DNA of 64,000 nucleotides from a virus (lineage: Duplodnaviria; Heunggongvirae; Uroviricota; Caudoviricetes): IMG/VR virus record IMGVR_UViG_3300027375_000001. One strand, given 5' to 3'. Positions 11,771-22,747 of the stretch are shown one piece after another. Below the pieces are notes generated by a model. That model did no database searches. It was not told the DNA's origin and saw nothing but the letters and a program-made list of their open reading frames with translations. The translations under genes were made by a program, and so were the position numbers. The number at the start of each line of letters is the position of its first letter. Position 1 is the stretch's first letter.

Positions 11771-14386
11771 ATGTCATGTTCGTATCCACAAATTAAAGAC
11801 ACTGAAAGCGCAGGTTCGGCCATTGTGCTTATCAATGATCATTTTAAGTGGATAGATAAACAAACGGGTGTTATATACACACAGACAAAAAAAATATCTG
11901 AAGCTGTTCCGATTCTGCAGGATATTGTAGCAACAACTGCATATTTGCTTGATACATCTACAGGTAAAGAAAAATACAAATCGTTAAACGATATGGTGTC
12001 GATAACCAGATCGACTTCATGTTTCGCAGTAAAGCCTGTAACAGTATTTTGCCCAATCAAAATAACAGACCGGTCCACCTTCGCAACAACTATTTCAAAA
12101 TGGCTCGAAACTACGTTTCCAGCAGAATCTGCAGACTGCCGTTTGAATGATTTATATGTATTTGCATTAAGACAATATGCAGATGAAACAAATAGACCGA
12201 ATCCTATCCTGGCACCGTATTTTGTATCCAAATTTAATGCGGTTAACAATAACGAAAGATTCTTAATGGGTCGATTTATCAAGACAGGATACCCCATACT
12301 CAAATGGGAATACTGGCCTACAATGAATCCTTTTTATTGCCCAGAGTCCGTCATTGAGGTTTGTGAACCAGAACCAGAAGGTTTTAGCTATTATTATAAA
12401 TTTGCATCTTGTTCAGTTCCTGGTCTTGCTTTTTATTCATCTAATGATTATAGCCATTTAGTAGGTCTTGGGGTTGTTCTGGACAAATACCCAGATCAAA
12501 GATTCTTAGTAAGTAAAGTATCGGTTGCAGATAAAGCAATCACTACAAATCTTAATCCTATTTTCACAACAAAGAAAGGTTGTAGTGATACTTGTTATAT
12601 CCTAACCAATACGTTTACTCAGGAAAAAATCGTAGCAACAAATGATGAATTCCAATTTTATGCTGGATCTGATACTACAGTGCAAATAGATGGTCTTGCT
12701 GGTGACTGGACTGTAGTAGCATCATCTGAAGATTGCGAATGTGGGTGTGAATATAGAATCAATAGAGCAGCACCCGTTATAATCAAATTGACAAATTGCT
12801 GTTGGAAATATCAGCCATGCCCAGATGTTGTTAACGGAACTCTTCGAAAAGAATTATTTGTCATTGATAATAAACGCATTTTAATCCCAGGCAAGGCTGT
12901 TACTCTTGCAGAGTATCCAGGAGTAAGATGGTATATTGAAAAGGTAGTTTACGATAATCAGCAGATAACAGAAGAGTATACTGTTGTAGATCTTTATGAA
13001 GATTGTAATTCACAAGAAATCCCAAAACCTAAAGATACACTGCTTTACAAATTAACACCGTCGTGTTTTAATACATCAAAGACTGTATTGTATTCTAAGA
13101 ATCCATTACTCAAACCATATCTAGGATCTGTCGTATATATCAATCTCGATAATCGAAATTACTATTATGTGTCGATAGTTCCTCAAACATCCCAGTTGAT
13201 TGAAAATGTCACCATAATAGATGTATATCAATATGGATATGAATTACCAGAATATCAAGCAGGCGAAAAAATAAAACAAGCCACTGTTCTATTCTCTGTA
13301 TCTGCACTGCCTGATTACAGCGTTAGAGGTGCCGAGTATTATGTTCGTCCTAATATCAACTATACTAATAAGCCAGTAGAAACATGTAAGCGCAGATATT
13401 CATTTTGGAATATTGCCGTTGCTAATGTATTAAGCTCACAAACATTTGCCGCTGATGCCCAAAAATCAAGAAGCTGGAATTTTAACTATGTTGAAAATTA
13501 TTCGAAAATATTAGATGAATGGTATGTAGGGGATTCGTGGTTTAATTTTGCAAACGATCAATTAGACGAATTAGCATCCATTGTAATGGGTAAAACTGCA
13601 TCAGAGACCGATACATACCTAAAAGAAAATAATCTCTATTTTGAAATTGAAGTCGAGTTTAAAAGGTATCGCAAAACATTGAGAGGTTCAAGAAACCAAT
13701 TATACGGAGAAGAAACAGATTCAATTGCTTATATCGGTCCGGTTACATTATATCCAGCAACTATAACCAATGCTAGTGTTGGATTTGGTGATTGTGGTGA
13801 AATTTTAGTTATGCAAATGTGCGGCTCTACTATCAAATACGGGGTAGATGCAGCAGATGGATTTGTATACAGCGGTCAGTATCTTATTTATAACGGTGAA
13901 TATTACGCCGTTACATATGGATTGCGCTCAGATATCGCTACCATCATAACCCTGACAACAGGAAATACTACTATCATCGATAGCGCAACATATAACTCGT
14001 ATTGCAATGATGTCTTGATTACGCCAACCGCCACACCAACAGCCACGCCAGTTGTACCAATTGTACCAATTGTGCCTACAATCCCAACGACGATACCGTC
14101 AATAACATACGATACTAGCAATACTTTAGCTGCACTTTACTTCACAGTACCATATGATGGCGGATCGCCGATCACAATATACCAATACACACTAAGTGAT
14201 CCACTTGATCCTTATACAATTTGGACAGATGCAGTGGAGACTGAACCTCCTCTACTTATTGATGTAGGAAGCTATGGTGTATACACGATTTACGTCCGCG
14301 CAGTAAATGAGGTTGGTCCTGGCGGATACACATCAGTAGAAGTAACTACATCACCGTCGCCGACACCTACCCCGACGCCCGTGTAA
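11771..14386 (+). CDS. structural protein with a C-terminal fibronectin-III-like domain and a Pro/Thr-rich linker
   Basis: 871-aa ORF. The C-terminus has a PT linker (TPTATPTATPVVPIVPIVPT) followed by an FN3-like motif (YQYTLS...YVRAVNEVGPGGY) and a PTPTPTP tail. Confidence 0.45.
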   Translation: MSCSYPQIKDTESAGSAIVLINDHFKWIDKQTGVIYTQTKKISEAVPILQDIVATTAYLLDTSTGKEKYKSLNDMVSITRSTSCFAVKPVTVFCPIKITDRSTFATTISKWLETTFPAESADCRLNDLYVFALRQYADETNRPNPILAPYFVSKFNAVNNNERFLMGRFIKTGYPILKWEYWPTMNPFYCPESVIEVCEPEPEGFSYYYKFASCSVPGLAFYSSNDYSHLVGLGVVLDKYPDQRFLVSKVSVADKAITTNLNPIFTTKKGCSDTCYILTNTFTQEKIVATNDEFQFYAGSDTTVQIDGLAGDWTVVASSEDCECGCEYRINRAAPVIIKLTNCCWKYQPCPDVVNGTLRKELFVIDNKRILIPGKAVTLAEYPGVRWYIEKVVYDNQQITEEYTVVDLYEDCNSQEIPKPKDTLLYKLTPSCFNTSKTVLYSKNPLLKPYLGSVVYINLDNRNYYYVSIVPQTSQLIENVTIIDVYQYGYELPEYQAGEKIKQATVLFSVSALPDYSVRGAEYYVRPNINYTNKPVETCKRRYSFWNIAVANVLSSQTFAADAQKSRSWNFNYVENYSKILDEWYVGDSWFNFANDQLDELASIVMGKTASETDTYLKENNLYFEIEVEFKRYRKTLRGSRNQLYGEETDSIAYIGPVTLYPATITNASVGFGDCGEILVMQMCGSTIKYGVDAADGFVYSGQYLIYNGEYYAVTYGLRSDIATIITLTTGNTTIIDSATYNSYCNDVLITPTATPTATPVVPIVPIVPTIPTTIPSITYDTSNTLAALYFTVPYDGGSPITIYQYTLSDPLDPYTIWTDAVETEPPLLIDVGSYGVYTIYVRAVNEVGPGGYTSVEVTTSPSPTPTPTPV

Positions 14387-14444
14387 CTCAGCAGAATAAT
14401 TTAGAGTGAAATAGAATATATTGAATATAATTTAATATACTATC

Positions 14445-15698
14445 ATGTCTAGTCGCATTTTTATTCAGATAGCGTCGTATAGAGACCCTCAATTGCGCCA
14501 TACCCTTAAATCGTGTATCGACAATTCAAAATTTCCTGAAAATTTAGTATTTGCAATCGCACGGCAATATCATCCTGCGGACAAATTCGATGATTTGAGT
14601 GAGTATAAAAACGATACTCGCTTTAAAATTATAGATATTCCATATGAACAATCAAAGGGTGTGTGCTGGGCGCGCAATTCAGTACAGCAACTTTATGATT
14701 CGGAAGAATATACTTTGCAAATTGATTCTCATATGCGGTTTGAAAAGAATTGGGATTTCGAAATGATAGAAATGATAGAAGATTTAAAGAAAAGAGGATA
14801 TAAAAAACCTCTATTAACCGCATATGCGTCATCATTTAATCCCGCCAATGACCCTGAGGGAAGAGTGCGTGTGCCTTGGCGAATGTCATTTGACAGATTT
14901 TCCCCAGAAGGTGTTGTATTCTTCGTGCCGGAGGTGATGCCTGATTGGGAAAAACTAAAAGAACCAGTCCCCGCAAGATTTTACTCCGCTCATTTTTGCT
15001 TCACGTCTGGCGAATTTGCAAAGGTAGTACAACATAACCCCGATTACTATTTTCACGGAGAAGAAATTTCAATAGCAGCAAGGGCGTATACTCACGGGTA
15101 TGATTTGTTTCACCCACATCGGGTATTGATATGGCACGAATATACGAGAAAAGAAAGAACAAAGCATTGGGACGATGATAAAAAATGGGCCGAAAAGAAT
15201 ATTAAATCACATGCCACCAATCGCAAACTGTTTGGTATAGACGGCATCACGCAAGAAGGTCATGATGGTGTATACGGATTTGGCAAATCAAGAACTCTGA
15301 GAGATTATGAAAAATATGCAGGTATTCTTTTTGAAAAAAGATCTGTACAGAAGCATACTTTAGAAAAACATAATCCACCAGACCCAACTGAGTATATCAG
15401 TGAGAAATTATGGCTCGATAGCTTTAAATCGATTTTTAAGCATTGTATTGATATTAGTTGCAGTCAGTTCGCCGAAGACGATTATGATTTTTGGTCGATT
15501 ACATTCCACAGCACAAATAACGACGTCCTTTATCGCAGCGATGCCAATATAGATGAAATCGCATTAATGCGAAGAGATCCCGACGGGTATTGTAAAATAT
15601 GGCGCGAATTTTCAACAGACACAAAACCCGCATATTGGGCTGTTCATCCTCATTCAAAATCAAAAGGATGGTGTAGAAGAATAATAGGTAAATTGTAA
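14445..15698 (+). CDS. GT-A fold glycosyltransferase (GlcNAc-transferase-like)
   Basis: N-terminal IFIQIASYRDPQL and a DxH metal motif (IDSHMRF) are characteristic of GlcNAc-transferase-type GT-A enzymes. 417 aa. Confidence 0.45.
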   Translation: MSSRIFIQIASYRDPQLRHTLKSCIDNSKFPENLVFAIARQYHPADKFDDLSEYKNDTRFKIIDIPYEQSKGVCWARNSVQQLYDSEEYTLQIDSHMRFEKNWDFEMIEMIEDLKKRGYKKPLLTAYASSFNPANDPEGRVRVPWRMSFDRFSPEGVVFFVPEVMPDWEKLKEPVPARFYSAHFCFTSGEFAKVVQHNPDYYFHGEEISIAARAYTHGYDLFHPHRVLIWHEYTRKERTKHWDDDKKWAEKNIKSHATNRKLFGIDGITQEGHDGVYGFGKSRTLRDYEKYAGILFEKRSVQKHTLEKHNPPDPTEYISEKLWLDSFKSIFKHCIDISCSQFAEDDYDFWSITFHSTNNDVLYRSDANIDEIALMRRDPDGYCKIWREFSTDTKPAYWAVHPHSKSKGWCRRIIGKL

Positions 15699-15756
15699 CT
15701 AAAATTGGAAAAGAATTTTGATTTGAATATGTATACCTGCTGTTCTAAATAGCATC

Positions 15757-16485
15757 ATGGATATCGTACAATATGAAGAATATTTAAAAGAAAAAAATAT
15801 TCATGTCATACCATCTAGCTATTGGGAATCCGACTATCCCAATTCTTTCACGCTCATAAAACCTTTTGACCCCACAGTATTTCAAAAAAATTATAATTCG
15901 TCTTATATCGACTCTAAGCACACCTTTAATATTACGTTTTTATTCCAAAAGGAAGAATATTACGACACTAGCGACACTTTGGCGCTGATTAAATATATTT
16001 TAAAATCAGGCTTATCTCAAAAATATACAGTCACATTTAAATTCAATTACGATCCGCATCCTAATATTGTAAAAACTATGCCAATTGCTAATATTAGATA
16101 TATTGGCAAGCTTCCGACAGAGGAATATTATGGACTGTTACAAAATAGTCATTTAATTTGTTCTAATCATCGTACTAATTATTCTGGTAGGTATCTAGCA
16201 GAAGCCGCTATGTTTTCTGTGCCGATTTTATCATCCCCTTCTGGAGGCAGTATGCAATTTTTGACTGACGACAATAGCTTGTTTTTCAAGACCAAGAATA
16301 TGGATGGTCCTGAAAATTTTGTGCCTTGTGAAGAATGTTACGCAGGATTGTTTGGCGTTGTTGAGAAAAATTATAATAACCTGATTCGATTCGCTTATAG
16401 GTGTCGTGCGGTGGTTTCGCGATTATATTCGCAGTCATATTACACAGACACCCTAAAATATATTCAGGAGGCAACAGAATTATGA
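15757..16485 (+). CDS. hypothetical protein (possibly a sugar-transferase accessory)
   Basis: 242-aa ORF in the same operon-like block as the glycosyltransferase. Confidence 0.3.
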   Translation: MDIVQYEEYLKEKNIHVIPSSYWESDYPNSFTLIKPFDPTVFQKNYNSSYIDSKHTFNITFLFQKEEYYDTSDTLALIKYILKSGLSQKYTVTFKFNYDPHPNIVKTMPIANIRYIGKLPTEEYYGLLQNSHLICSNHRTNYSGRYLAEAAMFSVPILSSPSGGSMQFLTDDNSLFFKTKNMDGPENFVPCEECYAGLFGVVEKNYNNLIRFAYRCRAVVSRLYSQSYYTDTLKYIQEATEL

Positions 16486-17135
16486 AATATATATTTTTCG
16501 GATTACCAACTTACATGTCCGACCGAATATTAAACATATTTGGATCACTAAGCAATGTGGCTAGTTCTACTAATATTATTGGTACTCCGGCAGAATCATT
16601 AGATGTTGGTACTGTTATCAATATCAAAGAGAGAATCAAAGCATCTCCGCATACAGCAGTATATCTACCAGCATATCCTCTCAATATGTTGCCTGTGTTT
16701 TCAAAGTTGCCTCCTGGAGATTTTCGATATACATTGATTTATTTGAAATATAGCATTTATGATTATATTCTATACAAGACCATTGAATCAATGCAAAGTG
16801 CATCTTTGTCTCTTCAGGATATTAATCGGTTTATTTTGACGAATGATTCGCATGTAAGAAGTTGGAAATCTCAATTCGAACAAGCAAGCAGAACTGGTGT
16901 TTTTGATTTGTCGTTTGCTCTTCAATTTGATGTAGCGAGATACGTTAAAGATCCATCCAAATACATTAAGGAATTTACGGATGTATCGGAATCTGTTATT
17001 AGTGGATCTGTGGCAAACAATAAAATTGATAATCCTCTTTATCTGAATAGATATAATGTACCTGAACACTATTATAACTCGACCAAAGACATCATGCTTG
17101 GTGATAATACATTACAACATATACTAGAACTCTAA
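16483..17135 (+). CDS. hypothetical protein
   Basis: The start was moved to the ATG at 16483 because it is preceded by AGGAGG (caggaggcaacagaattATG). The listed start at 16401 overlaps the previous gene. Confidence 0.35.
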
Positions 17136-17614
17136 TGCCTCTTACTATTCCAAAATTTCAACGTAACGCAGACGCCATCGTGGCATATGTCCAACAACCG
17201 CATATAGCAGAACTTTTTAGACCAAGAGAAGGTCATCTTTCTCACGGAGATACCTATGGCCATAGCTCACGATTCTCTAGTCTTCTAAGTGAAGACATGC
17301 CAAAAGAATTAGTTAATTTAATCTTTTCAGGGGGCGGATGGGATGAAGACCTGAAGGACTTCTATCAGTTTATTCAAATTCAACGTTACATGCCGGGCGA
17401 TTATATTGCACCACACCAAGACAAGTATGCAATTAAAAAATTGCATCTCGTATGCCTTACCACAAGTCAAAGTAACGGATTCTACGTCTTTGAGGACGAT
17501 CGTTTGCACCGCATAGACGACGAAGCGGGTGCAAAAATCGAATTTGAATACGACGCCGTGCACTTTGTACCCACTTGCAATTATGAAAGATATTCATTAG
17601 TTATAGCCGAATAA
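17135..17614 (+). CDS. 2OG-Fe(II) oxygenase-like protein (prolyl-hydroxylase-type HxD...H)
   Basis: HQD triad element (YIAPHQDKY) and a distal His (YDAVHFVP) in a 159-aa protein. Start overlaps the upstream stop (taATG). Confidence 0.35.
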   Translation: MPLTIPKFQRNADAIVAYVQQPHIAELFRPREGHLSHGDTYGHSSRFSSLLSEDMPKELVNLIFSGGGWDEDLKDFYQFIQIQRYMPGDYIAPHQDKYAIKKLHLVCLTTSQSNGFYVFEDDRLHRIDDEAGAKIEFEYDAVHFVPTCNYERYSLVIAE

Positions 17615-17619
17615 AGATT

Positions 17620-18096
17620 ATGGATAATAACTTATACGCCCTTTTCAATAAAACAAATAAAAAATTTGTATGCTTTTCTATTGGTAGTGAAAATTTGCCA
17701 CCCGGCTCATTATATCGAAAGATTGAAATAGAGGGAGGCTTTAATCTAGACGCATACGAATGGATAGGAGATTATGATGATGGCCAATTTGTAGACAAAA
17801 GCCAACAGCCGTTTAAGATATCGGAAGTCGATTTGCAAAAGCAAATGTATGATGTCTTTTTCCGAAAATTCGAACCAGTATACGTATTGATGAATATTAT
17901 CAACACCTTACTGATCCAATACGAAAAAGACCAATTGCCTTGGGTGGATGAGCCAATGGAAGAAATGTTGCAATTTTACCGAAAGCTCCTTATTAGAACA
18001 GAAACGGATGCTAAGTTTTACCAGAATTCAAAATTCCATACATATGTAACTAAGCAGCAGATAGAGGATGACTTCCAGTCTCGTTTGGAGAACTGA
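17620..18096 (+). CDS. hypothetical protein
   Basis: 158-aa ORF tightly packed in a plus-strand block. Confidence 0.3.
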   Translation: MDNNLYALFNKTNKKFVCFSIGSENLPPGSLYRKIEIEGGFNLDAYEWIGDYDDGQFVDKSQQPFKISEVDLQKQMYDVFFRKFEPVYVLMNIINTLLIQYEKDQLPWVDEPMEEMLQFYRKLLIRTETDAKFYQNSKFHTYVTKQQIEDDFQSRLEN

Positions 18097-18551
18097 TGAA
18101 AAAATACGCACAATTCAAACAAGGAGTATATAAACCACTTAACAGGGCGAAGTGCACAAACTCTGGTAATATTATCTACCGTAGTTTTCTGGAAAGAAAA
18201 TTTATGATCTGGTGTGATAAGAACGCCAATGTCATTGAATGGGGCTCTGAGAATGTGATAGTCCCGTACGTTTCTCCTATTGATAATGCAGTTCATCGTT
18301 ATATCGTCGATATGTACGTTAAAGTCCGCGAACGCGATAAGATCTGCAAATACCTCATTGAAATCAAGCCTTATAAGCAAACCATTCAGCCTACTATTAC
18401 TAAAAAGAAAAAAGAATCAACTATCATTCATGAGCATGCAACATGGGTGGTAAACAATGCCAAATGGGAAGCAGCAAAAGGCTTTGCAAACAAGTACGGC
18501 ATGAAATTTATTATCATCACAGATAAAGATTTGGATAATACGTGTAAGTAA
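18096..18551 (+). CDS. hypothetical protein
   Basis: 151-aa ORF with an ATGA stop/start overlap with the previous gene. Confidence 0.3.
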   Translation: MKKYAQFKQGVYKPLNRAKCTNSGNIIYRSFLERKFMIWCDKNANVIEWGSENVIVPYVSPIDNAVHRYIVDMYVKVRERDKICKYLIEIKPYKQTIQPTITKKKKESTIIHEHATWVVNNAKWEAAKGFANKYGMKFIIITDKDLDNTCK

Positions 18552-18557
18552 TTTTAC

Positions 18558-19295
18558 ATGTCCAAGAAAAAGCGACTTCGGCACCCCGAAGAAACTGATG
18601 AGCTTGCCAGAGTATATTTTGGCAGGGAAATTGACGGTCTAAATTTTAAAATCTATTGCAAATTTGATTTCAACGAAACACACAAAAGATTTTTACAGCT
18701 ATTAGACGATGTAGACACAAAAATGGTCATGGTAGATGGCCCCGCTGGATCAGGTAAAACATATCTATCTGTTCTTGCAGGACTAAAGCACCTATCACAG
18801 AGACACTTCGAAAAAATTGTATATATTCGAAGCATAGCAGAATCCGCAGCGAAAAGTATTGGATCATTGCCTGGTGAATTGGATGAAAAATTCAAACCAT
18901 GGTCAATTCCGTTAATGGAAAAATTATCAGAGCTAATTGATCGCACTACTATCGCAAATTTAATGGAAGACAATAGAATCGAGTGTGTTCCTGTTAACTT
19001 TGTAAGAGGCATGACATTCCACGATAGCTTTGTCATTATTGACGAAGCTCAGAATCTTGACTTCAAAGAATTGACCAGTTGTTTAACACGATTTGGTAAC
19101 AACACTCAATATGTTGTTATTGGAGATGCCAAGCAAGCCGACATCGGCGAGCGTTCTGGATTTACACGTGCTACAAAGGCTTTTGCTGATGTTGAATGTA
19201 TCGAAAACGGTATTTATTCGTTCAAATTTACTGAGGATGATATTGTTCGTTCTGCAATCCTTAAACTCATAGCACGCAAGCTAGGAGCTGTATAA
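18558..19295 (+). CDS. phoH: PhoH-like ATPase
   Basis: Walker A (DGPAGSGKT) and Walker B (FVIIDEAQN) with overall PhoH architecture. 245 aa. Confidence 0.8.
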   Translation: MSKKKRLRHPEETDELARVYFGREIDGLNFKIYCKFDFNETHKRFLQLLDDVDTKMVMVDGPAGSGKTYLSVLAGLKHLSQRHFEKIVYIRSIAESAAKSIGSLPGELDEKFKPWSIPLMEKLSELIDRTTIANLMEDNRIECVPVNFVRGMTFHDSFVIIDEAQNLDFKELTSCLTRFGNNTQYVVIGDAKQADIGERSGFTRATKAFADVECIENGIYSFKFTEDDIVRSAILKLIARKLGAV

Positions 19296-19360
19296 TAACG
19301 CAATGATGGCACGATAACCTAGCTAAAGTTATCGTGCCATCCTATAGTTATCGTTCTGTA

Positions 19361-19801
19361 TTATTTGTCGTATTTCACTTTATAGTGAGATACTAGCATT
19401 TCATAGAATCTTTCATTTGGGTTTGCGATAGACTGGCCTGCGTGTTCGTATTTGGTTCTTGAATGTGGTTTATACAAATAAGATAGCCATTGATATCCTA
19501 AACACTCTTCGCAGAACTTTGCAATCGCGCATGAATTATACTCGCCACTATGGCAGTCGATAATAATATTTTTCTTTGCATTTGCAATAAAATTGATAAT
19601 TGCATCAACACATTGCAGTTCATGAGAGTCTTCTTTTAGCACCACAGACAGTTTAGGATACTGATCCAATATATTGTTTGCGGTAATTGTATCAAGTGTA
19701 GCATCTTGGATAGATATCCATGAATAATTAATAACATTCAGGCTCCACTTTTCGGCTACCTTTCTTGATATGTTTAGTACCTTTGGAGGCGGCTTGATCA
19801 T
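19361..19801 (-). CDS. hypothetical protein (Cys-containing; possible small phosphatase or redox fold)
   Basis: 146-aa ORF. A DCHSGEYNSC segment is present but no canonical CX5R motif. Confidence 0.25.
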   Translation of the reverse strand: MIKPPPKVLNISRKVAEKWSLNVINYSWISIQDATLDTITANNILDQYPKLSVVLKEDSHELQCVDAIINFIANAKKNIIIDCHSGEYNSCAIAKFCEECLGYQWLSYLYKPHSRTKYEHAGQSIANPNERFYEMLVSHYKVKYDK

Positions 19802-19804
19802 GTG

Positions 19805-20011
19805 TCATTTTAAAGTATTGCGGTCTAAAGAAAGATCGTAATTTTTATCACACAGCAATGAATTTTTTAAGTCATCTCCATTAATTTCGAATTCTTTTTT
19901 ATTATCCTCAACGAAAACTAACATATTGCCTTTTTCTTTTTTGCGAACGTAGCTATATATTGTCTTTTTATTGTCTTTTCGGATTGAAAGATAGTATTTT
20001 GGAGATTTCAT
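19805..20011 (-). CDS. hypothetical small protein
   Basis: 68-aa ORF between nrdB and the neighbouring gene. Confidence 0.2.
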   Translation of the reverse strand: MKSPKYYLSIRKDNKKTIYSYVRKKEKGNMLVFVEDNKKEFEINGDDLKNSLLCDKNYDLSLDRNTLK

Positions 20012-21078
20012 TACAGGGCGATTTTCTTTAAACGGGACTTATCAATAGTACTATTCCGACTACCGATTTGGTATGTAGTAAGATTTTGTTCCTGTGGAGC
20101 TGATTGTGATAGAGTTGGGTCGAGATATTCGACTAACCAAGAACCGATTGGATTTTTCTTGCTAGCAAAAATCTTTTCATAGCCCAAACTCGAAAGTCGG
20201 TTATTCGCCAACCATTCGATATATTGGTGTACATTCTCCTCATTGAATCCAATCAAACTGCCCTTTGAGAACAAATAGCTAGCCCAATCCTTTTCACATT
20301 GAACTGCCGTTTTATACATCTCATAAACCAAGTCAGTATTCTTTTCTACTAGGTCTTGGAAACCTTCATCTGGATTGGTCTTCCAAAGCTTGATGATGTT
20401 TTGCGTAATTGCAACGTGAAGCGATTCATCTTTATTGATCAGGCGAATAATTTTCGCCATTTGAGGTGCCTTTCCTTGTTTGCCAAACCAGAAGGAGAAC
20501 AGGAACGATACATGAAAATTAAGTCCTTCTGCAATCTGCGTTGACAAAACAGTCTTAAAGATTTGCTCTTGAACATTTCTATCCGAATCTTTGGTGCCTA
20601 AAAGATCATCAAATGCTTTAGTTACTTCGACAGATCTCTTATTGATTTCTTCATTGACTACGATTGAGTCAAAAAATTCCTCTGGCTTCTTGGTAAGGCC
20701 TTTAAGCGCATGCGTATAAGATTCACTATGAAGAACTTCACAGAATTGCCAATACGAACAGGCTGCTTCCAATTCAGGTAGCGTAATGTATTTGGTAATT
20801 TCATTAATGCCTCTGCTCAGCACTGAGTCTGTTGCCGTTTGCCACATTAGATTATTCTCAAAGATCCATTTCTCTGTAGCACTCATTGTGTCAATTTTCG
20901 ACGCTTCGCCAGAAAAATCAATCTCCTCTGGATTCCAGAATGCAGACTTTTGATCTTGATATAAATCATAAAATTTCTTATACTTGAAAACATCGAACCG
21001 TTGTAGGTTGAGTTCAGGTCCTAAGAACATTTTACGTTCATGTGGTGGAATATTAGATTTGTTGTATACGCTTTTCAT
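20011..21078 (-). CDS. nrdB: ribonucleotide reductase class I small subunit
   Basis: Ferritin-like di-iron/tyrosyl radical protein with conserved E..H motifs. The start was set at Met 21078 so that ATGA overlaps the nrdA C-fragment stop. Confidence 0.75.
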   Translation of the reverse strand: MKSVYNKSNIPPHERKMFLGPELNLQRFDVFKYKKFYDLYQDQKSAFWNPEEIDFSGEASKIDTMSATEKWIFENNLMWQTATDSVLSRGINEITKYITLPELEAACSYWQFCEVLHSESYTHALKGLTKKPEEFFDSIVVNEEINKRSVEVTKAFDDLLGTKDSDRNVQEQIFKTVLSTQIAEGLNFHVSFLFSFWFGKQGKAPQMAKIIRLINKDESLHVAITQNIIKLWKTNPDEGFQDLVEKNTDLVYEMYKTAVQCEKDWASYLFSKGSLIGFNEENVHQYIEWLANNRLSSLGYEKIFASKKNPIGSWLVEYLDPTLSQSAPQEQNLTTYQIGSRNSTIDKSRLKKIAL

Positions 21079-21668
21079 AGTGAGCAAAATCCGGTAGCAC
21101 ATCCAGAATCGTCCGAAGACTCGGCTTTTTCTGATGTATCATTTTCTGAGACTTCTTCCGCAGCAAGACTTGTGTCTGCTGAGACTATTTGTTTGTTCTT
21201 CGCATAATAAAGAGTCTTCAGACCGTATTTGTATGATAAAAGAATATCATACGCAACGTCTGTAGTTTCAAGTTTATTATTCTCATAATTGCCGTAGTTG
21301 TAGTAATGATTGGTACTAGCGGCCATGCACAGCCATTTCGTAATAGCTGCAGCACATTTGATAATTCCTTCATTTGTACAATCATACGCCGATTTATAAT
21401 ACTTACCGTATTTCTTTGCACCTGGTGCAATCCATGCCGCACTTCCTTGACGATCATCTTTGAATTGGAAGAGACTGACAATTGGTTCCATACCATTAGT
21501 CGAATTCTGGGTTAAAGAACTATTGTGCGATATAATCTTGCTTTTTCCCGAGTCGATTACATAAGAATGGACATTTGGAGATTCTACGTCGTACGTTGGA
21601 CAAATTTCGTTAGATTTTGTTATTCTGTTGATTTTCATATTCGTTATATATTTTATACAATTCGTCAA
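21075..21668 (-). CDS. nrdA: NrdA C-terminal fragment: split-intein C-half followed by the C-extein
   Basis: The N-terminal ~49 aa end in VHSYVIDSGKSKIISHN|S (intein blocks F/G, terminal HN, +1 Ser). The extein then resumes SLTQNSTNGMEP, aligning with E. coli NrdA ...SQISNATNGIEP. The C-terminal tail DDSGCATGFCSL resembles the NrdA redox-active CxxxxC tail. Confidence 0.7.
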   Translation of the reverse strand: MTNCIKYITNMKINRITKSNEICPTYDVESPNVHSYVIDSGKSKIISHNSSLTQNSTNGMEPIVSLFQFKDDRQGSAAWIAPGAKKYGKYYKSAYDCTNEGIIKCAAAITKWLCMAASTNHYYNYGNYENNKLETTDVAYDILLSYKYGLKTLYYAKNKQIVSADTSLAAEEVSENDTSEKAESSDDSGCATGFCSL

Positions 21669-22698
21669 TACTGATGCTTGACTTGCTTTGTTTTGAACAA
21701 TTTTTTGATCTCTCTAAAATTTCTAAATTGACAACAGACCCAATCACTCTCGGTGATATGTCGTTTATATATCCTTGCTTCTGTGAATATCGATGGTCTA
21801 CATGATATTCCTTGCTTCTTTTTTCAAAAAGTACTTCATTATCATTGATTGATTGGGATGTCCAAAATCCTACTTCCATTTTGTATTTCTTCCAGTCATC
21901 TAATTTGTCAAGAGTTAGCCACACACCTTTTTTTTCCATTGTCTCTCTTAACTTATTATTAATCTCTTGATGATGTGCAAGCCATTCATCACCAAATATG
22001 CGTTGGAGATTGGTTGGGTTTCTTGTGTTGTTGAATATACGTTTGGCATTTATTTTTTCCAAAATAATATCAATATCCTCATCCGTATACCCTTTGTCGT
22101 AATATACAGAGCTCAGTAGCCCACACTTTTGAAAATAGTATTCTCGTGCTAATTTACTAGCTTCCTCTTCGGTGCAATCTTGTCTTGACAAATAATACTC
22201 TTTGCACCATTTGGATTTGCGGCGCATGTAATTACTATATTCACATTTCCATGTATGTGGATATTTTTGTTTATACTCATTCAATATATTAACTGAGGAT
22301 TTCTTGCTTGACAACTGAAATTTTTTAAATAATGCTTCGCCTTTTTCTTTGCCGTGTCTCGCACAAAACCCTTCTAAAGATGTAGTCTTTTGAGATTTTA
22401 AATTGGCTATTTTTAATTCCGCTTCAATTAATGTAATACCGAATTTGAGAGATGCTGTGAGTGGATCATACATAACCGGAATTTTGTTTTGAAGACAATA
22501 TTTGACTCGGGTATTCCATTTGTAAAATCCATCTTTTGACCATTTGTCTTTTATCGCCATTGCGAAAACTTTTATAGTTTTGCCTTGAAATCCCTCGCCA
22601 TATAATTCATCTACATCTTTTTTGGCATTTATATTCGATGAAAATGCATTTAAAAAATCGATAATACTACTCTTTAGATTAGAACGTTTAGTTGCCAT
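21610..22698 (-). CDS. free-standing HNH homing endonuclease inserted between the split-intein halves
   Basis: 362-aa ORF in a third frame between the two nrdA fragments. HNH-like motif YHVDHRYSQKQGYINDISPRVIGSVVNLEIL near the C-terminus. Confidence 0.5.
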   Translation of the reverse strand: MATKRSNLKSSIIDFLNAFSSNINAKKDVDELYGEGFQGKTIKVFAMAIKDKWSKDGFYKWNTRVKYCLQNKIPVMYDPLTASLKFGITLIEAELKIANLKSQKTTSLEGFCARHGKEKGEALFKKFQLSSKKSSVNILNEYKQKYPHTWKCEYSNYMRRKSKWCKEYYLSRQDCTEEEASKLAREYYFQKCGLLSSVYYDKGYTDEDIDIILEKINAKRIFNNTRNPTNLQRIFGDEWLAHHQEINNKLRETMEKKGVWLTLDKLDDWKKYKMEVGFWTSQSINDNEVLFEKRSKEYHVDHRYSQKQGYINDISPRVIGSVVNLEILERSKNCSKQSKSSISIDELYKIYNEYENQQNNKI

Positions 22699-22747
22699 AA
22701 TGCGTATAGATTTTACTTATCGCATTATGGCAACTAAATTGGGTAGA

